A stretch of DNA of 64,000 bases from Tubulanus polymorphus (Eukaryota > Animalia > Nemertea). The stretch is taken from contig NC_134035.1 of NCBI RefSeq assembly GCF_964204645.1, forward strand, positions 5,890,001-5,954,000, given 5' to 3'. Within the stretch, counting starts at the first letter, position 1. Each line of letters opens with the position of its first letter. A program made the translations under genes and the position numbers. Below, piece after piece: positions 1 to 12,600 of the stretch. The notes beneath the pieces were generated by a model, which did no database searches, was not told the origin of the DNA, and was given only the letters and a program-made list of their open reading frames with translations.

Positions 1-426
1 GAATTACGAATCTATTTCAGGGAAAATTCACGGAGTTCTGGCTCTTTTCTTGAAACTTCAGGGAATTTGAAATTTTGGTGTCTTGTAGATTTTGCCGGTG
101 ACGGTGGCACGAGGAACCTTTCGATAAGAAACACGATTCTAGGGATAGGATTTGGAAATAGGATAGGTTTTTTGTGGAATGATTGTGGAGTGAATTTTTA
201 ATGATTATCAAAACAATAGGATTTTCTATCGTTCCATCAAAGCAGTTAGTGTTTCCGTCATTGATGGTTACCCTATACGGTACATGGCTTATAAATCTGA
301 GGATATCTTATACTTTAATCGGAGAAGTTTTGCTAAGGGTCTGGAAAATAAGGGAAATGTGATTCCCAGATCTATAAGAACGTGCAAGATTCTGTCTAAT
401 TTACCGGAACTATTTTCAGATTTACC

Positions 427-581
427 ATGCCGAGTAAGGCCGACGACCAAGGCTCGAAGACTGCCCATTTCGAGCCTAAAAAGCCGACTCTGAAAGCGAC
501 GCGAGTGGTCAGCTATGAAGACATGCTCGTGGCTCAGTATCTAGAAGAACTTCGAAAGACTCCGCCGTATACCAAACCAAC
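427..581 (+). CDS. DCDC1: DCDC1-like coding exon 1
   Basis: ttttcag acceptor; ATG at 427, MPSKADDQ..YEDMLVAQYLEELRK; donor AC|gtgagt, phase matches exon 4309. Confidence 0.75.
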
Positions 582-587
582 GTGAGT

Positions 588-626
<39 letters not shown>

Positions 627-3600
627 TTTTTTGAAAAAAAGTAGACTGATAGAGAACAAGAGGGGATATGAAAATGTAAAAAGAAATCCGAAAAAAAGAA
701 ATGAAAAAAACCGTATTCATGGTCGCAAATTTAAAGTTACAACTCTCATAGACTACAAGACCTAACTGATAAAACACTGATTGATTAGATCTTTTGAAAT
801 TATCTCAATTTTAGTAAATTGAAAAGTTAGGAGATGGATAAAACAGTTCATAAACTAAGTCAAAGTTATGCTGGGCCGCTTTGTTACATTCGACTGAGTA
901 GCAACTCCCAATCAGTAGCAACATTCCAAATTGATAATTAAGATAAATTTTGCCTCAGGTTAGAGCAATCTACAAAAAACCTGTCCTTATAAGAATTTTA
1001 GTTCTTTGATATAAGTATTGCAAAATTTCAAAAAAATTGAATTTTACATTAACTCCAAGAGTCCGGTTTCATAGACTGAGTTATCCCTAGGGGTAAATCC
1101 TAAATCTAGGTGACAACCTCCATAGCAACAATGAGAAACCATGGTTATAACTGACAAATTTCAAAATTTTCCCAGGGACTATCTTTCTTCCACATAGATA
1201 TGAAACCCAGCCCGAGTAGCTTAAGAATAATTTATGAAATTTCCCCCGTAAAGCAGCGACGTATTTTTACGAAAAAAGGAGATTCGTTCGAGTGAATTAT
1301 TTGAATCGGGTAACGTTGTTGACTATTCGCGTGACTGCTACAAACATCGAGCTAACCACGCGAACGCGAACTTTTTACATTCGACCAAAAAAAAAACGTC
1401 GCAGAAAGATCTGCGGGTATTGTCGAGAGAACATGTTAAATCACTCGTGATTGTTTGCGTGTTACCATGGTGTAGAGCGACAGCCATTTATCGGACCCGG
1501 CGGGGAGTCTGACGGGTCCTTTAACAGTGCGTGCTCTAGAATACGAATCGATCGCTAGTAACCCGGTCTTCGTCGTCGTCGACAGTGATCGTTATTTCCT
1601 TGTCAATCTTGATTTTGTCGTCGTCGTCGCATTCGGTCGAGATGACGTAAACGTATTCGCGTCGTGAATGCGCGTGTTTTCAAATCAAGCTGCATAGTTA
1701 TTAGACGTCGAGGTTGTCAGTTTCTAGATTGATACGAATAAAATGACGGCGACCTCCTCGACAGTGATTTCCAATAGATTAGTTGAAAGATTCAACATTT
1801 TCTGGCTAGATAAGCTCCTGAAGATGATGTATTCAATCAGAAATTATGGGTTTGGGTGTACTGAAGTGATTTCGAATAGATTGGTTGAAAGATCCATATT
1901 TTTCTAGCTACAGATGATGAATTCTATCTTAGTTAATTAGTTGGGGTGTATTGAACTGATTTCAAATAGTAAGGTTGAAAGATTCAGATTTTTGAAATGA
2001 TCTGGGTCCAGTTTTACAAAAAGCGTAAGCCTAAAACGGTTAAGTTTGAAATTGTTGTCCTCATTGAAAATATGAAGTAACCGATAGCGATTACGCCAAA
2101 AGTTTGACATAAACTTTTTCGTGAAACTGGGCCCAGATCATTTTAATTAGTGTTTACGTAGAGACCGTGTGTATGAAGGCTAATCCTAAAGCTGGTCTCG
2201 AGTGCGACGTAGCTCCGGGCTAGAAATTTGAATGGAGAACGGATTGCGTCGATGTCTATCGAACTCGGCTGATAATTGAATTCCTATTCAGCGAGCTCAT
2301 TAAAATACGTATATATATAAATAAATAAAAGAGTTTGATATCATTAATTCATAGCCTGCAGGTTCACTACCAACTCTATACAATATACGTATATATATAT
2401 ATATACAACTTTACATTGACATTTCATTTCGCTATATGTGTTTTCGTTGTCGATCCCGTGTTGTTTTTTTCTTGTCAATCACGAATACAATACAAGCCTA
2501 TAGTATCTGAACAATTCATAAAGACTAGTCTTTGATAGTACATATACGGTATTTAGTCTGTGTGTAGGGTTGGATATTTCTGAACCCAGTTCTCATAAAC
2601 TTAAGTACAATGTAAAGCCGCGATTACACAAGCATTTTTGGCCCGTACAAAATATGGCGCAGAATAACTGTTCACACGGGTACCAAATGGGCCCGAGCCT
2701 ATTTGGCCCTGGCCAAAAACGGGTCAGGCCCGAGCCGAATTCTAGCATGAGACAAATGATTGCGTTTGAATTGCAACTCGCACCGGAAATGACCTACTTC
2801 ACTTTGTTCGAGCATTGTTTGAGTGAGTGGTTTGTGTGTATCCGTGCTCTTTAATTAGGCACGGACCAAATTTGGCTCGGGGCCTGATACGTGCCAATTC
2901 GGCCCGCGCCAAATCTTTTGCGTGTGATCGCCGCTTAAGTTCCATTTTAGCCCATTAGTGACGAGTTTGGTTTGTATGATATGTTCCCGAGCATTGTTGA
3001 ATATTGATATTGTCAGAATTTCTGGCATCTCTGACCACTTACCAAGTGGTGGCGTAGTATTCCGGTAGCCATCTAGTTTAATCAATCTCTATTTATTCGA
3101 TTTGGACTCAAATGAGAAAAATTTGATTTTTTCATTCTGAATGTAACGAACTTTATGCCATTACAATCAACGGATAGTTTTATGTTGCCCATCAAGTTCA
3201 TTATTATTCTATTGTATACGATCCATTTCTACATACGAAGTCTACTTCATATATATATATATATACATATATATATATTCGCCGTTTGTATTTCTGCTTG
3301 AATACAAATGAATTATCGGTTTTTAAAATTAACCCTTTTCCCCCGGCATTGACAAACTTCTATTCTAGCCACAATGAATATTATTGATATCATCGTCAAC
3401 AGCATCTCCAGATTATTGATAGCCTGTACAGCAGTTTTGAAAAAGAACTCAGACACTTCTGAAAATGTTGAATGAATGAATTGTGTATATCAGTTGATAC
3501 TGCTTTTATTCAGCAGCTGTATACATAAAACCTTACTGAGCCTAGTTTCTTGCTAAGTTCCTTACTATAGTTTAAATATACATAGCTAGCAACAGACTAA

Positions 3601-6600
3601 GTTAAAAAACGTGTGTGAATATGACTGAAGCTTTGGCGCAAGTAGAAATTTGCAATGTTCAATTCGTTGATTAGTCATTGCTATTTGGCTCTGATAGATT
3701 AGTTTGAATTATTTTGGAATATTTGTGTCACACTCTTGTTTCTCCCTAGTTGTTCGTCAAGCATCAATAATTTATTGTGTATCTACCCAACACTTCCGTC
3801 TGTAACTTCAACTCTAAAACTCTCCTCAACTCAAAATTTGCTTCCTACACTGACTTCAACCATAAATCTATACTAGCAAAGTTCATCAACTATTTATACA
3901 TCGCACTGCAATGTTGAGGCACTGAAAGGGTTAAGAAACATCGCACTGCGGTGTAGATGCGCTGAAAGGGTTAAGAAACATCGCACTACGGTGTAGATGT
4001 GCTGAAAGGGTTAAGAAACATCGCACTGCGTTGTAGATGCACTGAAAGGGTTAAGAAACATCGCACTGCGGTGTAGATGCACTGAAAGGGTTTAGAAACA
4101 TCGCACTGCAGTGTAGATGCACTGGAAGGGTTAAGAAACATCGCACTGTGGCGTAGATGCACTGAAAGGGTTTAGAAACATCGCACTGTGGCGTAGATGC
4201 ACTGAAAGGGTTTAGAAACATCGCACTGCGGTGTAGATGCGCTGAAAAGGTTAGGAAAAATATTACTAATACTCTCAATTTATGTAATTTCCATATTTTT
4301 TATTTCAGACATAAAGTTCCCGTTTCGCCGTACGCTCAGAAACTCGCGCAGCCGCAAGTATTCCTCAGTCCGGGGCGATTACGCGATCTTATCGAAATTA
4401 ACAAGAAGAACAGCCATCGTCCGAAATCGGCGTCGACTTACAGTCACGCGTCGTCGTCGAACCTAACCCCGTCTTCGTCGAAGCCGAAAATCGATCCTAA
4501 ATTCATCGCCGATCCGGACAAATGGGACCCGGCGACGCCCCGGTCCGAACGCGATAAACGTATGTGTAAGAAGAGACCGGGAAGCGCTCCAATCGGTGGC
4601 CGCGGATCTAAACGGTAATAATTCGACTGAGCGTTAAATCGTTAGTTTGTCAGACAGATCTAGGGATTTAGGTACCTCTGCTGGGTAGCCACTAACCCAG
4701 AAGAATTGGAAAACACCTGAAAAATGAACGAATTGTAACATCTTAAACCCAGAAATCTCTCTTATTCACCCACAGGCAATCTTGGCTAATATAATTGAAA
4801 AATCAGGGAAAACTTAGGGAATGTGTTAATGGGTGGAGAGTGGCCAACCTGCTGGGGCCAGTTTTGTTATAGACTGGTGATAAAAATATTGGAAAAATAC
4901 CATAGTCACATTTTTGGAGTCAAATTTTAGTCCATAACTCATAGTTGCAGGGTGGAAAATGGTCGCAGGGTGGCCACTGACTGACCTGGAAAACTGTGGG
5001 AATCTAACAATATTTACCAAAAAACCTTGAAAACTCGAAATGAACTAATTCTATTGTCAACATCTCATTTCAGGCCTCAGTCAGCACCGAATGCCTATCG
5101 TCGAGGGTTACGCCCGACATCCGCGAAATCTATATCGTCTCTCAGTACGACCAGTAGAGGGCGCCGCTATAAAACGCTGTATAAACGACAGCCCCACGTG
5201 CTGAAAGTTACCGCCTACAAAAATGGCACGAGGGATGTGTTCTGCAAAGCCGCTGCTCCTAATATCAAACTAGTGAGTTAAACCTGAATGAACCAGAAAA
5301 AGATGTCTACTTACATTAATACCCTTATGATATCACCAGATTCCCCCTTTGTCTTCTTCTACAGATCCCCTATAACATGAATTAACCCAGTTTTAACATC
5401 GGTTTTTTTAAGTTAACCCTAGTTCAATATCACTATGGTATTAACTGATGCAGACCTGACTGCGAATACTGTTTGTGAATAGTTACTATTCCTTGTGAAG
5501 ACCTCAGTTACTCCCAAAAATATCAAGACGCTCTCAAAATCAGAGTAATTTCCTTGTTCATTTTTTGATGAAAATACTATTTTTGAGGTTAATTACTCCC
5601 CTTAGTACTGAAAACTCCTCCAAAATGATAATACCAGTTAGTCAGGTCCATTGACATTATTAAGTCATTTCTTGGAAGCAGTCATCTTTTTGGAACGGCT
5701 CATAGTCTAAGTTAGTACCATCAGATATTTCATTCAATGCACGAAGCTATTTTATCTATAGTTGTTAGAGATGGTCACTGATAAACTGGGACTACCCCAA
5801 GCGGCACGTCGGATCTATCTAGAAAGTGGTCAGCTGGTCACGTGCGATTCCGATATTCCGAAGGACGCGGACGTTTATATTTCGATGGGTGAAAAGTTCA
5901 AGAATCCGCTGGCGAACGCCGTACAGAACGCTCAGATGAAATCGGGGGTAACGTGGACGATGAACGGTCTGGTTTTACCGGACGAAGGAAAGAAAAAGAC
6001 GACCAAACCGCATCTGACGAAACGATTCAAGTAAATCATTATTTCTTTGATTCTAAAACAGATGCAATTACAGCAGACAGACAAATCCCCTTCCTATTCC
6101 GCATTCCCATTTCATTCGAATCTCTCTATCTAATCAATTTTCATTAATTTTCGATGGTTCTTTTTTCTGGCCGCCTGTATCCTGATGGGAAACAGGCTCT
6201 ATTGGCTTTCCAAGCATCCTTGTTTTGCGTTGGTTGTAATTACATACTACATATTAATGTTATTGCATATATGGTGAACAGGTATAAATGATTGGGGCAT
6301 TTGTCACCGTTCGAGGCTAGGAGTCAGATTCACGGGAAAACATAAAGTTCCATAGGTCATACTAAAACAACACTGTTAACACCCCACAATCAATTGCCTC
6401 TTCTAAACTACTGCCCCCTGCTGGACCAATACAGTTTCACTTCGGTATATCACTATGGTGTATACTGACATGATAGAGCAATTCATATTGCTTGGAAGGG
6501 CATGTAGTCTTGTAGATACCATCGGATATTTAATGCATAAATTTTAATTTTATTTCATCTATATTTGTTAGCGATGGTCACTGATAAACTGAATCATATG

Positions 6601-9600
6601 AAAATATAGTTTCTCATTTATCAGTTGAAATTGATGTAATTTTGACTCTCCTTTTTTCATAGTTCGTCGATCGAAAAGAAAACTGTTCGAATCATGGTTT
6701 ACAAGAACGGCAAAGCTACGAACGGATTGGAAGTTATCGCTGACCCTAAAAACTGGCTCGGGGTAAAATACACTCAACTTCTTTATCTCCATAATAAATA
6801 AGCTTTTTAACTATGTTAATGAACAAATCCCACAATTGACGATTTAACTTTTCTGACAGTTTCAAAGTTTTAACTAAACTTCATATCATCAGAGAAACAA
6901 AAATGATGAAGTTAAGTCGAAACTTCGAAACTATCGGGATGAATTGTTAAATCATGAACTGTGGGTTTTGCTCATTAACTCTCAAATACTGAGATCAATA
7001 TCGGTCTATACCAGTCTCTTTCACTATGTGGCTCTTTAAACGTTTGTTTTTGTTTTACAGTTTCTGGACCTTGCCACATGCAAGTTAGATATGGGAAGTC
7101 CGGCTAAAATGGCTTACGATTGGGAAGGCAACGAAGTTCAAAGCGTTGATCAATGTAAGTTTCCAAATAATCGCGCATATATTTATTTGTAGATTAAAGA
7201 ATTAACAAAATAAAAGGGACCTGGGAACCCCCAAGTTATGCTCCTAGATTTTAAAGATCCAGGGAGAATCACACTACATAATTGGAAGGTTGTAACAAAG
7301 CAGTTGGTAGCTAGGTAGTCAGATCGATAGGAGTGTGATCTGTGTGCTTTTTCCAGGATGACCGGATAATATTCAGTTATTTCTGATTATTCTATTTCAG
7401 TACCGATGTTAGATAATTGTTTACAAAGCGTGGCCACGTCGCCTTCTTTCGGTCCAGTTTGGATGTCTAAAGGGGAAGGATTCAGTCCTAGCGGAGCTCA
7501 GCAGTTTATATTGAATTTATTACAATACTCGAAAAAGAAACTCGATGAAGCCGAACAATATAAAACTCAGGTTAGTGAAAGTTTATTAATCTTCATGTGT
7601 TCGGAGATCAAAAGCCAGAAAGTTCATATCCCTGTGAGGGAAGATGGGTATACTACTGAACTGTGGAGTCTTGGTAGGAGAGGTTTTACTATGTACTGTG
7701 GCTTTATCCCATGGCAGATTGTCATGATGCTATGACGTTCATATCCCTGTCAGGGAGGATGTGAAGTCTTGGTGCCATCATTGATACGTCGTGGCAGTTC
7801 TCCTTTCTACAACGTATGATTTTATAACTCACTCATCTCTCTCTATTGTTTTTCTTGTGTTACAGTTGAATTATTTCCACAATGAAAAACATGACAAAGT
7901 GACGATAGTTTCGATATTATCAATGACGGATGAAGAAGTTTATGAAGCTTTAGATTCGGTAAGACGACAATAATAAGTGTCACTCTTTTCTATTGATACT
8001 GTTGTTTCTCCATTGACTTTACTCGTCTACTCAATTTCCTGATGAAGCAACTTCAGTACGCACTAGTAGCGCGTAGCAAAAGCTTGGTACTTTAGGTTAA
8101 GTCTAGTTAACCTATACAGTATTAATTGTCTCTATCTTTATCAACGAAACAATGGAGTCCAGTTTTGTGGAATATTCATTCTTTTACCCTTTGAAGAGTT
8201 TAATAACCACTTGGGTATCTTAAGACGCTTAGAAGTTAAGAAAAACCAGAGAATGGAGATGGATAATTCTTCAAGAGACAGCAGTTATGGAATTATAATT
8301 CGTTTAATTGATTCCGAATTATTTTCAAGGCTGAGAACGACATTGACGAATTCAATGCGGCGATAAAAAATCTACGAAAACAGTTGCGTAAATTAGCAGG
8401 GTGCGTACGAGCTGAGCAGGACGAGGGCGTGAATTATACCATGCAACATATACAGAAACTAGATACATCAAACAGACTTATCGGAGTTCAAGGACTCAAA
8501 CTGAAGGTAAAATATTCAACTTAAACTGGTGTGACCTAAATTTCCTTTCTGGACAAACCCAGAACTAGTTTCTGGCAGGTTTCTAGTCTGGAAAAATCAT
8601 GAGTTGAAAATCGGAGATCGGATTGCCATAAATTTGCAATGTGGAATCAAAAATGATGTTGCTATATATCTCGTGAATGCCGCAAAGAATGTTGCAAATT
8701 TGTGACTACAAACCAGTACAGGGCTAATTTCATCTGTTAGATAGAGATTTCTTTATTTCTGCACCACTACTAAGGAACTATGATTGTAATATTTTTGAAC
8801 GTTTTCCACGTAGGTTTATCAGAACGGAATCGATGATAATGAAGTAACCGTCTTCTTTAATATGAAAGAAGCGTCTAAAGGCACAGGAGGCGATCCTTCG
8901 AAAATATTTGAGCGTGTAAGTTTGACGATATTTAACGTACATTGTATATCTGGGCTCGGTTTCTCAAAAGTTTATTTAGAATAACTGATGGAAAGATAAG
9001 ATTTTCATTATGTCAATAATTGACTGGTTTACTTTAGCCAGCTATTGAACAACCGTAACAATGAACTTTTGATTTGTCCACTGGTTAACTCGAACCAATT
9101 CTTGCGCACCTAGCCTGTGAACAATATCTTACTAAAGTTTTGAAATTTGTAAAACTTGTAAATGCGCGTACATACCCGGTAAGTGTATTGAAAGCAAAAC
9201 ACTAGCCATCATCAAGCGCCAGCATCAAGGTGAATGACTTGCGATTTGTGTTTGCGTTTTAGTTACTAGATCAGTTGAGTTCATCTTGCCGCACGTCTAA
9301 AGGCGACAGCGGACCGCGCGGAGCTTTAATTCGCAGAATATTCACCACGTCCGGTAAAGAAATCATCGATGCTCGAGAACTTGAAAACGAACAGGAAATC
9401 TGGGTTTCATACGGAGAAAATTTCAAAGTTCCATATGGTAATTAGTTTGATAAAATCCGTTTGTCACGAGTTGCTTTGGCTCTTCGGTAATCTTCTGAGA
9501 TGATTTTAGGCTACCGACCTACCTCCCAACCCACAAGTTAGTTATTTTGACATCTAATGTCTTATTAGTTACGAGAGCGTCTATAATTTACCAGCAGAGA

Positions 9601-12600
9601 AAATAAGTTATACTCTTAAAGTCATAAGGCCTGATGTACGCAGTGCAGGGGCGGATATAGCTTCTCGGAAAAGGGGTGCACACTACTAGCTTGGGTCACT
9701 ACTTACATATGGGGCAGGGTTTGGGTATGCTCATCCAGAAAATTTTGAAAGATTAGACGCATTCTGAGCACTTTCCTGGTTGATATTAGTAATGAAATTT
9801 ATTCATAATTTCACGGTTAAGAAAAAAAGTCTTGTGTAGAAAAGCACCCCCTGGATCTGCCACTGCAGTGTTGAGACCGTACTGTATTCTATGAGTTATA
9901 TGAATGGTTATAATAACCGTTGGTAAAAAACTATATCCGTATTGTTATGACCATAATCTTTAGAGAATCCGATGATAATTACGAAAAAAATGATATAAAG
10001 TCTGAAAATGTTTCTGTGAGCTTATCGTTTATTCGACGTTTCGATTAGCCTATATTCTAATAGTCATCTTCAGGAATACTGAGTTACATACGCACAACGG
10101 AAATGATGTTATTCCTATTGTAATTGTTGATTTCCTGAAATTCTTTTTATTTCTAGTTTTATCGTTACAAATGACGATGGATCGCGTAAGATCGGTCGTG
10201 ATGTCCGGTATCGATAAAGGTGTCATGCACGAACGTCGCGTCGCGTACCGGGAACAGTTGATGGTCGATGATATCGCGATTCCCGGCAGAGATAAGTAAG
10301 TTACTCTACGAAGTGGCCACTGACCTGGAAAACCTGTAAAGGGAATCAGTAAAATCTAGAAAAAATCGGGGAAAACTGAGGGAATTTGACAAGTTTTACC
10401 AAAAACTTCGGAAAATCAGGAAATTGACGGCATGTTTCTTTAGCATATTCAATGAAATTTGAATGACTTGTAACATGTTGAACCAAGACATTTCTGTGAT
10501 TCACTCAGGGAGTTTTGTGTAATCACATGGACTCAATGATAGAAATTTGTTAATGGGAAGAAAGTGGTGCCACCCTGACAAACTCAGATAGAAAAAATCA
10601 GACACTAAATGAAACGAAAATGTGAAAACTATCACTCGAGTTCCACAGTTCAATCAGGAATATCAGGAAATTTTTGATTTCAAATTCCCTGCAGAGAGAA
10701 ATCAGGGAATCTGGGCATTTTGTCATGGAAATCGGGGAATTCTGAGATGGAAGATTCTTGGTCTCGAACCTTTGAATTCAATAGATAGGCCCTGTGATGT
10801 GGTGTCGAAAAGACAGGTACCGGTATAGGTACAGTTCACTAGGCCACACCTCATATGATGATAACTTTGAATAGGGTTAATTTGTAATTTTTCTTGAACA
10901 ATGTAGAATGACACTGATGTGTGTTACTGATTTCAGACCTCACTCATGGCAGGCAGTAGTTGGCGTTCCTGATGAATGCGTTTCATCGCATATCGATAAA
11001 ACTAACAATCCATTCGAAGCTGAACAAGTTTCATCTCTAATGGCGCTCAACGAAATCGATGTTAACAGTCATTTCCTGCAATGTAAAGTAAGTATGAGAG
11101 TTCTTCAAACTCGCGGCAGGTTTCATGGTCAATGCTCAGACTGAGGACCAGCATAGGCTACTGTCTAGGCTATTATCTAGATTGGGATGAGGTCTCTACC
11201 TGTCCTTGTAAATGAGACCAGTCGTACAGTTCTGTGTTCTAATTTGACTGGCTGCACAGTTGAAATTTTGGAAGTAAACTGGTTTTAACTCAGCACAGAC
11301 AAATTTAACTCAGTTAAACTGACATCTGTGCAACTTCAGTAATCATATGACCATATAAAAACTTATTGTCAAAATCAAAATCTACCGGTACTGATAGGTG
11401 TTTATTTTGTGATTATGTTTTCTAGGATGATCCTGAACTGTTGTTATATCCGGAACTAAGTGTCGGTAGTAAAAAACGACGTGGTGCTAAAGAACTGTGG
11501 CCTTCCGAAGCTCAAATCTGGGTTATTACGAAGGTACGTGAATTACCGGGGTAAACGGCGAGCTTAGACTGAAATAGAAATCGTTGTGCATGATAGAAAT
11601 CCGGATATGGCTTCACAGTTCTTGGGGAAATTTGACTCTGAGAATGAACTGTAATCTTAGCTCTTAAGATCTTTCAGAGTATGAACTGTGATCTAAACTC
11701 TTAAGATCCTTCAGAGAATGGACAGTAATCTTAACTCTTAAGATCCATGAAACCAATGACACCGATTCCTGGTTTACAGTATTCTATAGATTTCTTGATG
11801 ATTTCGTCGGGCTATTGCGTTCACTTTTCGTCCGTCGTCCGTCCGTCCGTCCATAGACGGAATCCAGTTATTTTAGGAAGTTTTGAAGACGCTTCAAGGT
11901 AATGTCTTGATATTTGGGTTACACATGTATCTACCCTAGACACATCTTCAGCCCAAAAACTGGCCCTGTCAGATTCAAGATGGCCGACTGGCAGCCATTG
12001 TTGTTCGCCAAAATCAGCACTTTTTACACATTTTTGAACATTTTGAGGGAAATTTTGAAGACGCTTTGATCAATTACCTTGATCTTTCGGATATATGTGA
12101 ATTCCCCCAGGGCCCATCAGCATAACAAAAAGTGGGCATATCGGACTCAAGATGGTCGCCCTTTGACCTTTTTAGTGCCCAAAAATGTTAATTTTGGCCC
12201 AAATTCTGAGTCCTGTAGCTTCCTACTGGTTTATCATTTCTCATTGCAATTTGTGATGGGTATTCTTTGGAAAGGGCTGTTTTATACCTGAGCCAGGTAT
12301 TTTTCATCAGCCAATTATGACGCAATTGGCGGCCATCTTGGTGTCAGCAGTACTCATTCGTAAGTGGGAAAAAGTTTTTCCACATTATATTGATACCTAA
12401 GCATATTTTGTTACCACAATCATTTAGAAAGTTGTAGCTCATAAGGTGTTCTATGATTGTGGTGAGTTTCAAGGTCATTGGTTTCTGTATACGGCCACCA
12501 GGGGGCGTTGAATAATGCAATATCTTAGTATTTCTATATTATATTCGTATCAATGCATATTTTGTAACCACAATCGATTGCAAAGTTGTAGCTCATGACA

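Noticed and set aside
1818-1850. CUGAAGA-UGAU..AUCA-GAAA hammerhead-like string
   Set aside because: No stem I or stem III; it is part of a degenerate local duplication and probably chance.
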